NCBI GenBank assembly: GCA_038276285.1
Contig: JBBPZR010000119.1
Location: 6,943-70,942, forward strand
Reading direction: 5' to 3'
From: Mycobacteriales bacterium
Lineage (GTDB): Bacteria > Actinomycetota > Actinomycetes > Mycobacteriales > QHCA01
DNA: 64,000 nt
Notes under the pieces: model-generated
Database searches by the model: none
What the model was told of the DNA's origin: nothing
The model's input: the letters and a program-made list of their open reading frames with translations, nothing else
Shown: positions 27,063 through 37,084 of the stretch, in pieces
Numbering within the stretch: the first letter of the stretch is position 1
How the letters are laid out: every line of letters begins with the position of its first letter
Position numbers and translations under genes: made by a program

Positions 27063-27902
27063 ATGGCCTCTGGTGGCAGCGCGGTCTCGTCTCAGATCGA
27101 CCCGCAGATCGACGAGCTGTGGGAGCGGCGGGACCAGCTCACACCGGCCGACGAGGATGCCCGAAAGGTCGTCGTCGAGGCGGTCGACCTACTCGACGCC
27201 GGTGCGGCCCGGGCCGCTCGGATCCTCGACGATGAGGTGGTCGTCGACGAGCGGTCCAAGCGAGCCATTCTGCTGGCCTTCCGGCTCTTCGACATGGTGG
27301 AGTCGGCCGCCGGTGACTTCCGCTACCACGACCGGATGCCGTTGAAGACCCGCTTCGACGGCGTACGGGTAGTGCCCGGTGCCATCGCCCGCTGGGGCTC
27401 CTACATCGCACCGGGTGTCGTGCTCATGCCGTCGTACGTCAACATCGGCGGTTACGTCGACAGCGGCACCATGGTGGACACCTGGGCCACTGTCGGCTCG
27501 TGCGCCCAGATCGGCACCAACGTGCACCTGTCAGGTGGGGTGGGCATCGGCGGTGTGCTCGAGCCACCAAACGCGAAGCCCGTCGTGATCGAGGACGACG
27601 CCTTCGTCGGCAGCCGCTGCATGGTCACCGAGGGGGCCCGGGTGGGGCGCGGCGCGGTGCTCGGTTCGGGGACGATCCTCGGCCCCACCATTCCGGTGAT
27701 CGATGTGGAGACCGGCGAGCAGGTGAGCCGTGGCCACGTGCCGGCGTGGTCGGTGGCGGTGGGCGGCACCCGGGAGAAGCGGTTCGCCGGGGGTACGTTC
27801 GGGCTGCCGTGCGTGCTGCTCATCAAGCGGCTTCCCGAGGGGGAGCGGCATGACAAGGCACAGCTCAACGACGTGCTGCGGATGCACGGACTGACCACGT
27901 GA
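27063..27902 (+). CDS. dapD: 2,3,4,5-tetrahydropyridine-2,6-dicarboxylate N-succinyltransferase
   Basis: 279 aa with a left-handed beta-helix hexapeptide region ([42 protein letters not shown]...[11 protein letters not shown]). Confidence 0.88.
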   Translation: MASGGSAVSSQIDPQIDELWERRDQLTPADEDARKVVVEAVDLLDAGAARAARILDDEVVVDERSKRAILLAFRLFDMVESAAGDFRYHDRMPLKTRFDGVRVVPGAIARWGSYIAPGVVLMPSYVNIGGYVDSGTMVDTWATVGSCAQIGTNVHLSGGVGIGGVLEPPNAKPVVIEDDAFVGSRCMVTEGARVGRGAVLGSGTILGPTIPVIDVETGEQVSRGHVPAWSVAVGGTREKRFAGGTFGLPCVLLIKRLPEGERHDKAQLNDVLRMHGLTT

Positions 27903-28975
27903 AGGCCTCCAGCCTCGACCTCTCCGCGCCGGTGGAAGAGCTCACTGCGGTGATCGTCGACACGTCGTCGGTCAGCGGCCGGGAGGGACCGCTCGCCGAC
28001 CTGATCGAGGAGGCCCTCGACCGGCTCTCGCACCTGCGCGTCGACCGCTCCGGCGACGCGGTGGTGGCCCGGACCTCCGGTGACGCCACCGGGCGGGTGG
28101 TGCTGGCCGGGCACATCGACACGGTCCCGGTGGCCGACAACCTGCCGTCCCATGTCGACGGCGGGCTCCTCTACGGATGTGGCACGAGCGACATGAAATC
28201 AGGGGTCGCGGTGCAGTTGGCGCTGGCGGCGTCCCTGACGACGGCCTCGTACGAGCTGACCTACGTCTTCTACGACAACGAGGAGGTCGAGGCGGACCGC
28301 AACGGGCTGGGCCGGCTGTCCCGAGATCACCGCGACTGGCTCGACGGCGACCTCGCCATCTTGCTCGAGCCGACCGGCGGGCGGGTCGAAGCGGGCTGCC
28401 AGGGCACGATGCGGGCAACGGTCCGGACCTCCGGGAGGCGCGCGCACAGCGGCCGCTCGTGGCTGGGTGACAACGCGATCCACGCCGCGGCGCCCGCTCT
28501 CGCCCGGCTGGGCGCCTACTCCGCGCGGCAGGTCGAGATCGACGGCTGCGGTTACCGCGAGGGCCTCAACGCGGTCGGTATCACCGGCGGGGTCGCCGGC
28601 AACATCATCCCCGACGAGTGCACCATCACGGTGAACTTCCGGTTCGCCCCCGACCGCTCCGAGCAGCAGGCCTTCGACCACGTGCGGGAGGTGTTCGAGG
28701 GCTTCGATGTCGAGCTCATAGACTCCGCGCCCGGCGCCCCACCGGGATTGTCGGCGCCGCTGGCCGGTGCTTTCGTGGCCGCGGTCGGCACCCCTCCGGT
28801 GGCCAAGTACGGCTGGACCGACGTGGCGCGATTCGCCACGCTCGGCATTCCGGCCCTGAACTTCGGTCCGGGCGATCCCAACCTGGCCCACACCCGCGAG
28901 GAGCACGTCGAGCTGGCCCGGATCGGGCAGTGCGAGGCGGCGCTCCGGGCGTTCCTGACTACCGTGGTCCCATGA
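27899..28975 (+). CDS. dapE: Succinyl-diaminopimelate desuccinylase (M20 peptidase)
   Basis: GTGA overlap with dapD. M20 motifs ([22 protein letters not shown]). Confidence 0.88.
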   Translation: MKASSLDLSAPVEELTAVIVDTSSVSGREGPLADLIEEALDRLSHLRVDRSGDAVVARTSGDATGRVVLAGHIDTVPVADNLPSHVDGGLLYGCGTSDMKSGVAVQLALAASLTTASYELTYVFYDNEEVEADRNGLGRLSRDHRDWLDGDLAILLEPTGGRVEAGCQGTMRATVRTSGRRAHSGRSWLGDNAIHAAAPALARLGAYSARQVEIDGCGYREGLNAVGITGGVAGNIIPDECTITVNFRFAPDRSEQQAFDHVREVFEGFDVELIDSAPGAPPGLSAPLAGAFVAAVGTPPVAKYGWTDVARFATLGIPALNFGPGDPNLAHTREEHVELARIGQCEAALRAFLTTVVP

Positions 28976-29793
28976 CGTCCGTCGACCCCGACCGCCTCCC
29001 GAGCACGGCCGCCGGCCGTCGGTCGGGGGAGCGGCAACGCGGCCCGGTCACCCTGCGCCGCTCTCAGCTGACCGCCAGCACCACCGATCAGCGATTGCTC
29101 GACACCCGTAGCTCACCCGACTGGGTGCACACCGACCCCTGGCGGGTGTTGCGTATCCAGTCGGAGTTCGTCGAGGGCTTCGGCCTGCTCGCCGAGCTGC
29201 CCCGGGCGGTCAGCGTCTTCGGCTCCGCCCGTACGCCACCCGACCACCCGGAGTACGCGATCGGCCGCGAGCTCGGCGGCAAGCTGGCGGCGGCCGGCTT
29301 CGCGGTGATCACCGGTGGGGGCCCCGGCATCATGGAAGCCGTCAACCGGGGGGCTATCGAAGCCGACGGAATCTCGGTCGGGCTCGGCATCGAGTTGCCC
29401 TTCGAGCAACGGCTCAACGACTACGTCGACCTCGGCATCAACTTCCGCTACTTCTTCGCCCGCAAGACGATGTTCGTCAAGTACGCGCAGGCGTTCGTGA
29501 TCCTGCCGGGCGGCTTCGGGACGCTCGATGAGATGTTCGAGGCGCTCACTCTCGTGCAGACCCGCAAGGTGACCAGATTCCCGGTCGTGCTCATCGGGAC
29601 CGCCCACTGGCGCGGTCTGGTCGACTGGATCCAAAGCAGCCTCGTGGCCAGCGGCAATATCGACCCCACTGACCTGGACCTGCTCACGGTGACCGACGAC
29701 GTGGACGAGGCGGTACGCATCATCGTGAAGGCGGCCGACGAGCAGGAGCCGGTGGCCGACGACCCGGCCGGGCAAACTCCGGCCGAGCCCTAG
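28972..29793 (+). CDS. LOG-family (TIGR00730-type) protein, long form with N-terminal extension
   Basis: ATGA overlap with dapE. Contains [15 protein letters not shown] and PGGFGTLDE. Confidence 0.85.
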   Translation: MTSVDPDRLPSTAAGRRSGERQRGPVTLRRSQLTASTTDQRLLDTRSSPDWVHTDPWRVLRIQSEFVEGFGLLAELPRAVSVFGSARTPPDHPEYAIGRELGGKLAAAGFAVITGGGPGIMEAVNRGAIEADGISVGLGIELPFEQRLNDYVDLGINFRYFFARKTMFVKYAQAFVILPGGFGTLDEMFEALTLVQTRKVTRFPVVLIGTAHWRGLVDWIQSSLVASGNIDPTDLDLLTVTDDVDEAVRIIVKAADEQEPVADDPAGQTPAEP

Positions 29794-29802
29794 GCCCGGC
29801 CG

Positions 29803-30336
29803 GTGGCCGCGATCTGCGTCTACTGCTCGTCCTCATCGAAGATCCCGGCGCATTTCTTGGCGCTGGCCACCGTGGTCGGCACAGAACTGGCCCGGCGGGG
29901 GCACTCGCTGGTATCCGGCGGCGGTTGCGTGTCGATGATGGGCGCGGTAGCTGTCGCCGCTCGCGCCGGTGGGGCGCACACCGTCGGGGTGATCCCGGCC
30001 GCCCTGATGGGCTACGAAGTCGCCGATGGCGAAGCCGATGAACTGCTGGTGACGCGCGACATGCGGGAACGCAAGGCGCTGATGGACGCCCGGGCCGAGG
30101 GCTTCCTGGCGCTGCCAGGTGGCCTGGGCACACTCGAGGAACTGCTCGAGGTGTGGACGTCGCGCTCGCTCGGGATGCACGACAAGCCGGTGGTCGTGCT
30201 CGACCCCGACGGCGTCTTCGACCTGCTCTTCGATCTGCTGGACCGGATGCGCTCCGGCGGCTTCGTCAGGGCAAGTGCGTACGCCGCGGTCACCCGCACC
30301 CGCTCCGTCGAGGAGGCTTTCGCGGCACTTGAGTAG
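29803..30336 (+). CDS. LOG-family cytokinin riboside 5'-monophosphate phosphoribohydrolase-like protein, short form
   Basis: GTG 29803. Contains ICVYCSSS, SGGGCVSMMG and PGGLGTLEE. Confidence 0.85.
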   Translation: MAAICVYCSSSSKIPAHFLALATVVGTELARRGHSLVSGGGCVSMMGAVAVAARAGGAHTVGVIPAALMGYEVADGEADELLVTRDMRERKALMDARAEGFLALPGGLGTLEELLEVWTSRSLGMHDKPVVVLDPDGVFDLLFDLLDRMRSGGFVRASAYAAVTRTRSVEEAFAALE

Positions 30337-30375
30337 AGCGGGTAAGGGCGGAGCGGGTGACGGGGTCCCCGCCGG

Positions 30376-30870
30376 TCAGTCGGTCTTCGCGGCCTTGGGT
30401 GCGCGGACCACGATGCCCTTGGCTGTCTTGTCGCCACCGCTCTTCGTGGCGATCACCATCGCGGGGTCGCCGACCTTGAGGTCGCCGACCTTGGCGGGCT
30501 TGCCATCCCTGCGGATCTTGGTGTCGCCAGTCACTGCGTAGGTCGCGGTGAAGCCGTCGGCGCTCTTGAGCGTGATCGATGTGTTGCTCACCTTGGTCAC
30601 CTCGCCGCGCTGGGTGTCGAGGGTGACATAGGCGCCGTCCTTGCCCCTGGCGACGAACTCACCGTGCACCATCCGCTTGTCCAGACGCGCGAGCCGGCCG
30701 CCCTTGTGATCACCCTTCTGATGACTGTGCGCCGCGCCGGCCGACGGGCTCGACGGGCTCGCCGTGGTGTTGGGTGCGGCAAGGGCGATGCCCGCGACGG
30801 CGCCGACGGCAAGGGTCACCACGGCCGTGGCGGCGGCGATACGGCCCGCGATTCGGTGCTTGCTGGTCAT
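30376..30870 (-). CDS. Secreted protein, function unknown
   Basis: 164 aa with an N-terminal signal-like segment (RIAAATAVVTLAVGAVAGIALA), then a beta-rich Lys/Gly/Asp domain. Confidence 0.65.
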   Translation of the reverse strand: MTSKHRIAGRIAAATAVVTLAVGAVAGIALAAPNTTASPSSPSAGAAHSHQKGDHKGGRLARLDKRMVHGEFVARGKDGAYVTLDTQRGEVTKVSNTSITLKSADGFTATYAVTGDTKIRRDGKPAKVGDLKVGDPAMVIATKSGGDKTAKGIVVRAPKAAKTD

Positions 30871-30975
30871 CTGGTGCTCCTCATGGTCACGGTGTCAGTG
30901 TGCTCTTACCTGCGCAGGGTGCGCGCTGATGGTCCACAGCGGGTCGCGGGGAGGTTCGGGTTGTGTAAGCAGTGC

Positions 30976-31839
30976 TCAGGCCAGCCCGCGCCGGGCCACC
31001 CGCGGTGGGCGCTCACCACGGATGGCGGCCACCATGTCCAGCACCCGCCGGGTCTCGGCCACCTGATGCGCGCGGAACACCCGGGCCCCCAGCCAGGCGC
31101 TCACCGCCGTCGCGGCAAGAGTGCCCTCGAGGCGATCGTCCAGGCCGACGTCGAGCGTCTCCCCCACGAAGTCCTTGTTGGACAGCGCCACAAGTACGGG
31201 CCAGCCGGTCGCCACCAGTTCACCGAGGCGACGGGTGACCTCCAGGGAATGCCAGGTGTTCTTGCCGAAGTCGTGCCCCGGGTCGATGAGGATCGATTCC
31301 GCGGGCACGCCCAGGGCTAGCGCACGTTCGGCCAGGCCGGTGACTGTCCCGAGCACGTCCGCCATCAGGTCGGGGTAGCCGATCCGGTGCGGGCGGGTAC
31401 GCGGTGGCAGGTGCCCGGCATGTGTGCACACGACCCCCACACCGGCCGCCGCGGCCACCCCGGCCAGCGCCGGGTCGACCCCGCCCCACGCGTCGTTGAG
31501 CAGGTCAGCACCGGCCCGCACGGCCACGGCGGCCACCTCGGAGCGCCAGGTGTCCACGCTGATCACCGCAGCCGGATGCCGCGCGCGGATGGCGGCCACC
31601 AGATCGGCGATGCGGCGTACCTCCTCGGCCGTATCGACCTCGGGACCGGGACCGGCCTTCACGCCGCCGACGTCGAGGATGTCGGCACCGTCGGCCAGCG
31701 CTCGGTCGGCGGCCGCCACGGCCGCGGAGAGTTCGAAGGTGGCGCCCCGGTCGAAGAAGGAGTCTGGCGTGCGGTTGATGACCGCCATCACGAGCAGATC
31801 GTCGTCGGCGAAGGTCCGCGCTCCCAACCTGAGACTCAC
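30976..31839 (-). CDS. folP: Dihydropteroate synthase family protein (FolP2-like position)
   Basis: Pterin-binding domain motifs (MAVINRTPDSFFD, ADILDVGG, ISVDT, NDAWG). GTG start at 31839. Confidence 0.85.
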   Translation of the reverse strand: MSLRLGARTFADDDLLVMAVINRTPDSFFDRGATFELSAAVAAADRALADGADILDVGGVKAGPGPEVDTAEEVRRIADLVAAIRARHPAAVISVDTWRSEVAAVAVRAGADLLNDAWGGVDPALAGVAAAAGVGVVCTHAGHLPPRTRPHRIGYPDLMADVLGTVTGLAERALALGVPAESILIDPGHDFGKNTWHSLEVTRRLGELVATGWPVLVALSNKDFVGETLDVGLDDRLEGTLAATAVSAWLGARVFRAHQVAETRRVLDMVAAIRGERPPRVARRGLA

Positions 31840-31882
31840 CCGGTGGCTCCTCCGTGTGGACGTCAGCGATCAGGGCGTCGCG

Positions 31883-32224
31883 GTGATCAACGCGGCCAAG
31901 CGTGACACGATTGCCGCCGTGGCGACGTTCCTGGGTTGGGTGTTGACGGCCGCGCTGGTCGCCGGCGTCATCTTCGCGGTGGTGGTAGCTGTCACTGGGC
32001 GGGCCGACGTGATGGCCGACATGCCGCCCGACGCGGTCCCGCTCGGGCTGCCGGCCGATCGCCCGATGAGGGCGGAGGACGTGCACGACGTCCGGCTCGA
32101 CCTGGCCTTCCGTGGCTACCGGATGGATCAGGTCGATGCCGTGCTCGAGCGGCTCGCCGACGACCTGGCGACGCGTGACCGCGAGATCGAGCAGCTGCGG
32201 GCGCGGGCGCCGGAGCAGTCGTGA
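31883..32224 (+). CDS. DivIVA-domain membrane protein
   Basis: An N-terminal TM helix is followed by the DivIVA motif VHDVRLDLAFRGYRMDQVDAVLERLADDLATRDREIEQL. Start is GTG 31883 or 31856. Confidence 0.7.
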   Translation: MINAAKRDTIAAVATFLGWVLTAALVAGVIFAVVVAVTGRADVMADMPPDAVPLGLPADRPMRAEDVHDVRLDLAFRGYRMDQVDAVLERLADDLATRDREIEQLRARAPEQS

Positions 32225-32673
32225 CCAGATATGAGCTCATCGAGAAGGTCACCGTTGGGGCGGTGCCGGCCCGGGTATGGCAGGCGCTCACGGCCTGGGA
32301 TCGGCAGTCGGAGTGGGTGATGGGCACCCGGACCTATGCAACGGACCTCGCCGGCCAGGCGCTCGGCGGCGGCTTCGTGGCCTTCACCGGGATCGGCCCG
32401 ATCGGTTTCCGCGATTCCATGGTGATCACCGAGTGGGTGCCGCCGCACGTGTGCCGGGTCCGGCACACCGGCCGGGTCGTGCGCGGCACGGGTGCCTTCG
32501 AGGTCGAGCCGCAGGGTCGCACCGGCTCGATCGTGACCTGGTCGGAGCAGATCGACATGCCCTTCGGCGGCCTCGGTGACGCGATCTGGCCGCTCGTACA
32601 CTCCGTGTCGTCCTGGGCGTTGCGCCGCTCGCTGCAGCGGTTCGCCCAGTGGGCGCCCACATATCCGCAGTGA
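32221..32673 (+). CDS. SRPBCC (polyketide cyclase/dehydrase-like) family protein
   Basis: 150 aa with GTGA overlap upstream. Typical SRPBCC pattern (VPARVWQALTAWDRQSEWV...). Confidence 0.7.
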   Translation: MTRYELIEKVTVGAVPARVWQALTAWDRQSEWVMGTRTYATDLAGQALGGGFVAFTGIGPIGFRDSMVITEWVPPHVCRVRHTGRVVRGTGAFEVEPQGRTGSIVTWSEQIDMPFGGLGDAIWPLVHSVSSWALRRSLQRFAQWAPTYPQ

Positions 32674-33224
32674 CCCGGCTGCTACCCGGCCCGGACGGCC
32701 GGGCGAGATGCGCGTGGGCTGGCAGTGCGCATGAATACCTCGACTACCACGACGACGAGTGGGGCGTCGAGGTACGCGGTGACGACGCGATGTTCGAGCG
32801 GATGTCGCTGGAGGCGTTTCAGTCCGGCCTGTCGTGGCTGACCATCCTGCGCAAGCGACCAGCCTTCCGGGAGGCCTTCGCCGGCTACTCCATCGCCGCG
32901 GTGGCGGAGTTCGGGCCGCCTGACGTCGAACGTCTGCTGGCCGACGCGCGCATCGTCCGCAATCGGGCCAAGATCGCGGCCGTCATCTCCAATGCGCGGG
33001 CCGCTCTGGCGCTCGATGACGGCCTGTCGGCGCTGCTGTGGTCATTCGCGCCCGCCGAACACCGACGCGACGCGGGCCGCAGCACGTCCCCGGAATCCAC
33101 CGCGATGGCGCGCGAACTCAAGCGTCGCGGATTTCGCTTCGTCGGGCCGACGACGGCCTACGCGCTCATGCAGGCCACCGGCATGGTCAACGACCATGTC
33201 ACCGGGTGCTGGCGGGCCGGCTGA
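32670..33224 (+). CDS. tag: DNA-3-methyladenine glycosylase I
   Basis: Tag motifs (YLDYHDDEWGVEV, FERMSLEAFQSGLSWLTILRKR, FVGPTTAYALMQATGMVNDH). GTGA overlap start. Confidence 0.9.
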   Translation: MTRLLPGPDGRARCAWAGSAHEYLDYHDDEWGVEVRGDDAMFERMSLEAFQSGLSWLTILRKRPAFREAFAGYSIAAVAEFGPPDVERLLADARIVRNRAKIAAVISNARAALALDDGLSALLWSFAPAEHRRDAGRSTSPESTAMARELKRRGFRFVGPTTAYALMQATGMVNDHVTGCWRAG

Positions 33225-33225
33225 G

Positions 33226-34014
33226 TCAACGGCCCTCGAACGTTGCCTGCTGCTTCGCGACAAACGCCGCTGTGGCATTGCGGTGGTCCTGAGTCGCGCC
33301 GGCGCGGGCCTGCAGGTCGGCCTCGCGCTCGAGGGCATCGGCCAGGTCGGCCGTGCCGCCGTAGGCGATCGCCTCCTTGATACACGCGTACGCCACCGTC
33401 GGGCCGGCCGCCAGCCGGGAGGCCAACTCGTGGGCGGCGGGCAGCACCTTGTCGTCGGGCACGACCGCCGTGACCAGGCCCATCTCCAGCGCCTGGGCGG
33501 GGGAGACCGGCTCGGCCAGCATCATCAGGGCGGTAGCCCGCGCGTTGCCGACCAGCCGTGGCAAGGTCCACGACGCGCCACTGTCGGCGCTCAGGCCCAC
33601 CCGGGCGAAGGCCATGAGGAAGCCGGCGCCCTCGCCGGCGATCCGGAAGTCGCAGGCGAAGGCGAAGGACGCGCCGGCACCGGCTGCCATCCCGTTGACG
33701 GCCGCGACGACCGGCTTGGGCATCTCTATCAGGCCCAGGGCGATCGGGTTGTAGTGATCGCGCACGGTCCGCAGCGGGCGGGGGTCGTTCTGGGCCATCA
33801 GCGCGGCGTGCTCACGCAGGTCCTGCCCGACGCAGAACGCGCTGCCGGCGCCGGTGAGCACGACCGCGCGCACCGCCTCGTTGTCGCGTACTTCGCGCAG
33901 CGCGGCGATGAGGGACTCCTTCATCTCCAGCGACAGGGAGTTCATCGACGCGGGGCGGTTCATGGTGATCGTGGCCACGCCGGCGGCACGATCGAGCAGC
34001 ACGCTGTCGGACAC
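33226..34014 (-). CDS. Enoyl-CoA hydratase/isomerase (crotonase family)
   Basis: GTG 34014. Crotonase core (VATITMNRPASMNSL...VVLTGAGSAFCVGQDL...PKPVVAAVNGMAAGAG). Confidence 0.88.
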   Translation of the reverse strand: MSDSVLLDRAAGVATITMNRPASMNSLSLEMKESLIAALREVRDNEAVRAVVLTGAGSAFCVGQDLREHAALMAQNDPRPLRTVRDHYNPIALGLIEMPKPVVAAVNGMAAGAGASFAFACDFRIAGEGAGFLMAFARVGLSADSGASWTLPRLVGNARATALMMLAEPVSPAQALEMGLVTAVVPDDKVLPAAHELASRLAAGPTVAYACIKEAIAYGGTADLADALEREADLQARAGATQDHRNATAAFVAKQQATFEGR

Positions 34015-34081
34015 GGACGCCTCGCTTCGCAGGTTGTGGTGGGCGGGTAAAGACGGGGTGGGAAAGCCAACTCCGGCCACG

Positions 34082-34885
34082 CTACGCCGGGCGCTCTGCG
34101 CCACCGTTCAAGCACGCGTCGACATAGCGGCCGGCCGCCGGCAGCAGCCGGCCGGCCTCTGTGTCGAAGAATCCCGCGGCCCGGATCCCGGGCCACTCCG
34201 GCGGCAGTAGCTCGCCGGGCAGGCCGGGATCGGTGAACAGGAAGTTGCGCCAGGCATGCACCAGCCGGGATCGAGCGGCGAACGCATCTTCGTCGGTCGA
34301 CGCCGGCCCGATTGCCGCCACCACCGGTCCCAGCTCGTCCACGAAGCGGGTGTAGGCGACCGCGAGCCCCTCCAGGTCCCAGGCCCGGTCGATCATCGGT
34401 CGCGGGTCAGCCGCATGGACCGCCGTGAAGGCGTCGGCCGCCGTGCCCTGGCCGGAGGCGATGGCCAGGGCCTCCGGTGAGGGCCGGGCCGCCAGCCAGG
34501 TGCCGGGGGTCAGCCGGCCATAACCCAGGAATGCCAGGTCGGCCGCGAGGCGTTCGCGGGCACTGCGGTTGGCCGGCTGGGCGATTACGAGCAGGTGCCA
34601 GTACCCGTCCCAGCCGGCGGCCGCCCCGCCCGTGCGGTAGATCCGGGTGGCGGCATCATCGAGGCGGCGGACGGCCCGCGCGGTCAATTCGTATCCCGGC
34701 CCGCCGGGCAGTCGTAGCGGCGCGAGCCAACCCTGCCGAACCATCCGCGATACGGCGGTGCGCACGGCCGGCGCGGTGATGTCCAGCGGCGCCAGCAGCC
34801 GCACCAGGGCGGCGATCGGAGCGGCACTCCCGCGCGTGCGGAGGTGGTCGCCGTACACGTCGAAAAGCGCCGATCTGGCCTGCAC
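34082..34885 (-). CDS. PaaX-family transcriptional regulator
   Basis: GTG 34885 gives VQARSALFDVYGDHL...AVRTAVSRMVRQGWL (winged-helix N-terminus) plus a PaaX C-terminal domain. No other canonical in-frame start exists upstream. Confidence 0.75.
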   Translation of the reverse strand: MQARSALFDVYGDHLRTRGSAAPIAALVRLLAPLDITAPAVRTAVSRMVRQGWLAPLRLPGGPGYELTARAVRRLDDAATRIYRTGGAAAGWDGYWHLLVIAQPANRSARERLAADLAFLGYGRLTPGTWLAARPSPEALAIASGQGTAADAFTAVHAADPRPMIDRAWDLEGLAVAYTRFVDELGPVVAAIGPASTDEDAFAARSRLVHAWRNFLFTDPGLPGELLPPEWPGIRAAGFFDTEAGRLLPAAGRYVDACLNGGAERPA

Positions 34886-34953
34886 GTCCCGCAGTCTCTC
34901 AGCCGGCGGCTCGTCGGCGACCGTCCGTCGGATCGTGAGCCATCGCTCACTGT

Positions 34954-35883
34954 TCAGCAGATAGTCGCGGGGGCGACGGGCACCACGGCATAGGCGCGGA
35001 CGGGGAAGGTGCCGAATCCGCGTATCCGCACCGGCGCGGCGTGCAGCCGCGCCCCCGTCACAGGCAGCTGATCGAGACCGGTGACGTGTTCGAGCACTCC
35101 GACGCCGGCGGCGAGCAGAATCGAGTGGGCGGGCCGCTCGCCGCCGTCGGTGTTGTCGATGTTCACCGAGTCGATCCCGACCAGGCGGGCGCCGGCGTCC
35201 ACCAGTGCCTGGGCGGCCGGACCGGTCAGGTACGGCGCGGCGCCACCGTAGGCCTCGGTGCCCCAGTGCCGGTCCCAGCCGGTGTGCAGCAGCACGGCGC
35301 ATCCGGTCACGTCGAGGGCGGCCAGCGCCTCCGGACGCACCGCCCTGTCCTTTCCGCCGGTCAGCCGGACCACGATCGCGGGCAGGTCGGCGACGGTCTC
35401 CAGGGGCAGCCCGGCCAGGTCGATCCCGTCGGCGTACCGGTGAAACGGGCTGTCGAGATAGGTGCCGGTGTTGCCGACCATGGTGATCCGGTCGATTGCG
35501 AACTCGGTGCCCGGCGCGTAGGACGCCCGAGAGGCCTCTCGCGTGAGGTGCGGCGTGATCTCGGGCCCCGGCAGGCCGGGATAGGTCGTCATGCCCGCGG
35601 TGACGACATGGTTGAGCTCGACCAGCCGGGTGGTGGCCGCGACCGGCCGGTGGCTATCGGCCGGACCACTCCGCGAGCCGCGGTGCGGTTCGGAGATCAG
35701 GCGGTAGTTGGTCAACTCGATCCGATCGACCATCAGCAGGCCGAGATGGCGGACGAAGAGCGCGGCCACGGCCTCCCGGCTGATGTGGCCCGGCGGCACG
35801 TCCAGGCGGAAGCCCTGTACCTGCAGGCCTCCTCCGTTGAGGAAGGTCACGTCGGCATCGAAACAGGCTCGGGCATCGGTCAT
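34954..35883 (-). CDS. Cyclase-family (kynurenine formamidase-like fold) protein with ~100-aa N-terminal extension and degenerate metal motif
   Basis: The C-terminal ~210 aa align by eye with putative cyclases (LLHTGWDRHWG, VGIDSVNID). NTGTYLDSPFH replaces the expected HxGTHxDxPxH. Confidence 0.65.
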   Translation of the reverse strand: MTDARACFDADVTFLNGGGLQVQGFRLDVPPGHISREAVAALFVRHLGLLMVDRIELTNYRLISEPHRGSRSGPADSHRPVAATTRLVELNHVVTAGMTTYPGLPGPEITPHLTREASRASYAPGTEFAIDRITMVGNTGTYLDSPFHRYADGIDLAGLPLETVADLPAIVVRLTGGKDRAVRPEALAALDVTGCAVLLHTGWDRHWGTEAYGGAAPYLTGPAAQALVDAGARLVGIDSVNIDNTDGGERPAHSILLAAGVGVLEHVTGLDQLPVTGARLHAAPVRIRGFGTFPVRAYAVVPVAPATIC

Positions 35884-35935
35884 CCCGCCATGGTGAAGCA
35901 GAGTGCCCATCCGGAGCCAGTGGCACGATGGCCGG

Positions 35936-36988
35936 ATGCCCCCGCCTTTGTCACCGCCGCACCGATCGCCGCTGGCGCCTCGAGCTCTGGTCGGCCGCCT
36001 GGAGGAGCTGACCTTCACCTCCGGCGTCCTCGCCGACAACCCCGCCGGCGATCCGGCCACCCGCCCGTTGTGGGTGTACCTCCCGCCCGGCTACGACGAC
36101 GCCCCACAGCAGCGCTATCCGTCGGTCTACGTGATCCAGGGATTCACCGGGTCCCTGCCCATGTGGCACAACACGATGCCATACCAACCCACCTTCCCGG
36201 AGAGCTGCGACGACCTGTTCGCCGCTGGCGGCGCCCCACCGTGCATCGTCGTCTGGGTCGATGCCTGGACGTCGTACGGCGGCAGCCAGTTCGTTGACTC
36301 ACCGGGCACCGGGCGCTATCACACGTACCTCTGCGACGAAGTGGTGCCGGAGGTCGATGCGCGCTACCGGACGCTGGACTCCGCCCGGCACCGTGGCATC
36401 CAAGGGAAGTCCAGCGGAGGCTTCGGCGCCATGATCACGCCGATGCTGCGGCCCGACCTGTTCGGCGCGCTGGCCACCCACGCCGGCGACGCGCTCTACG
36501 AGTACTGCTACCTGCCGGAGTTCGCCGCCGTCGCCAGGGCGTTGCGCGGCTACGACGGATCGATCGAGGCCTGGTGGGCTGATTTCCGGGCCCGGGCCGC
36601 CTTCACGAAGCCCGACGACGGCCTGCTCCTCGGGACATACGGCGTCGCCGCCTGCTTCTCGGCCGACCCCGATGGCACCGTGCGGTTGCCGTTCGACCCT
36701 CGTACCGGCCGGCTCATCGACGACCTGTGGGCGCGCTGGCTGGCGTGGGACCCCGTCCGGATGGTTCCCGACCACGCCGACGCGCTGAGGGGTCTGCGGG
36801 GGATCTGGATCGATGCCGGCACCCGCGACGAGTACTTCCTCGACCTCGGCGCGGAGGCCTTCCGGGCGGCGCTGGCCGAGGTGGGAGTGACCGGCGTCTC
36901 CTTCGAGCTGCTCGATTCCGGCCACGGCAATCTGGGCTTCCGGTATCCGTTGTCGCTGCGCTACCTGGCCGAGCGCCTGTCGGGCTAA
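35936..36988 (+). CDS. Esterase-family alpha/beta hydrolase (enterochelin esterase-like)
   Basis: ATG 35936. Contains LWVYLPPGYDD, YPSVYVIQGFTG and GKSSGGFGA (GxSxG). Confidence 0.78.
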   Translation: MPPPLSPPHRSPLAPRALVGRLEELTFTSGVLADNPAGDPATRPLWVYLPPGYDDAPQQRYPSVYVIQGFTGSLPMWHNTMPYQPTFPESCDDLFAAGGAPPCIVVWVDAWTSYGGSQFVDSPGTGRYHTYLCDEVVPEVDARYRTLDSARHRGIQGKSSGGFGAMITPMLRPDLFGALATHAGDALYEYCYLPEFAAVARALRGYDGSIEAWWADFRARAAFTKPDDGLLLGTYGVAACFSADPDGTVRLPFDPRTGRLIDDLWARWLAWDPVRMVPDHADALRGLRGIWIDAGTRDEYFLDLGAEAFRAALAEVGVTGVSFELLDSGHGNLGFRYPLSLRYLAERLSG

Positions 36989-37084
36989 GCGGGGGCGGTT
37001 TGGGCCAGCGCCCGTCGATGCGGGAGAATCAGCCCAGGCGACGGTCGGGCCTGGCCGACGAGCACTTCTGAGGGGAGTACCAAC

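Noticed and set aside
36129-36145. GTGATCCAGGGATT inside the esterase CDS, matching the terminal motif of the hairpin repeat family
   Set aside because: The match is only 11-12 nt with no complementary partner arm nearby. It encodes the conserved YVIQGFTG block, so it is likely coincidence.
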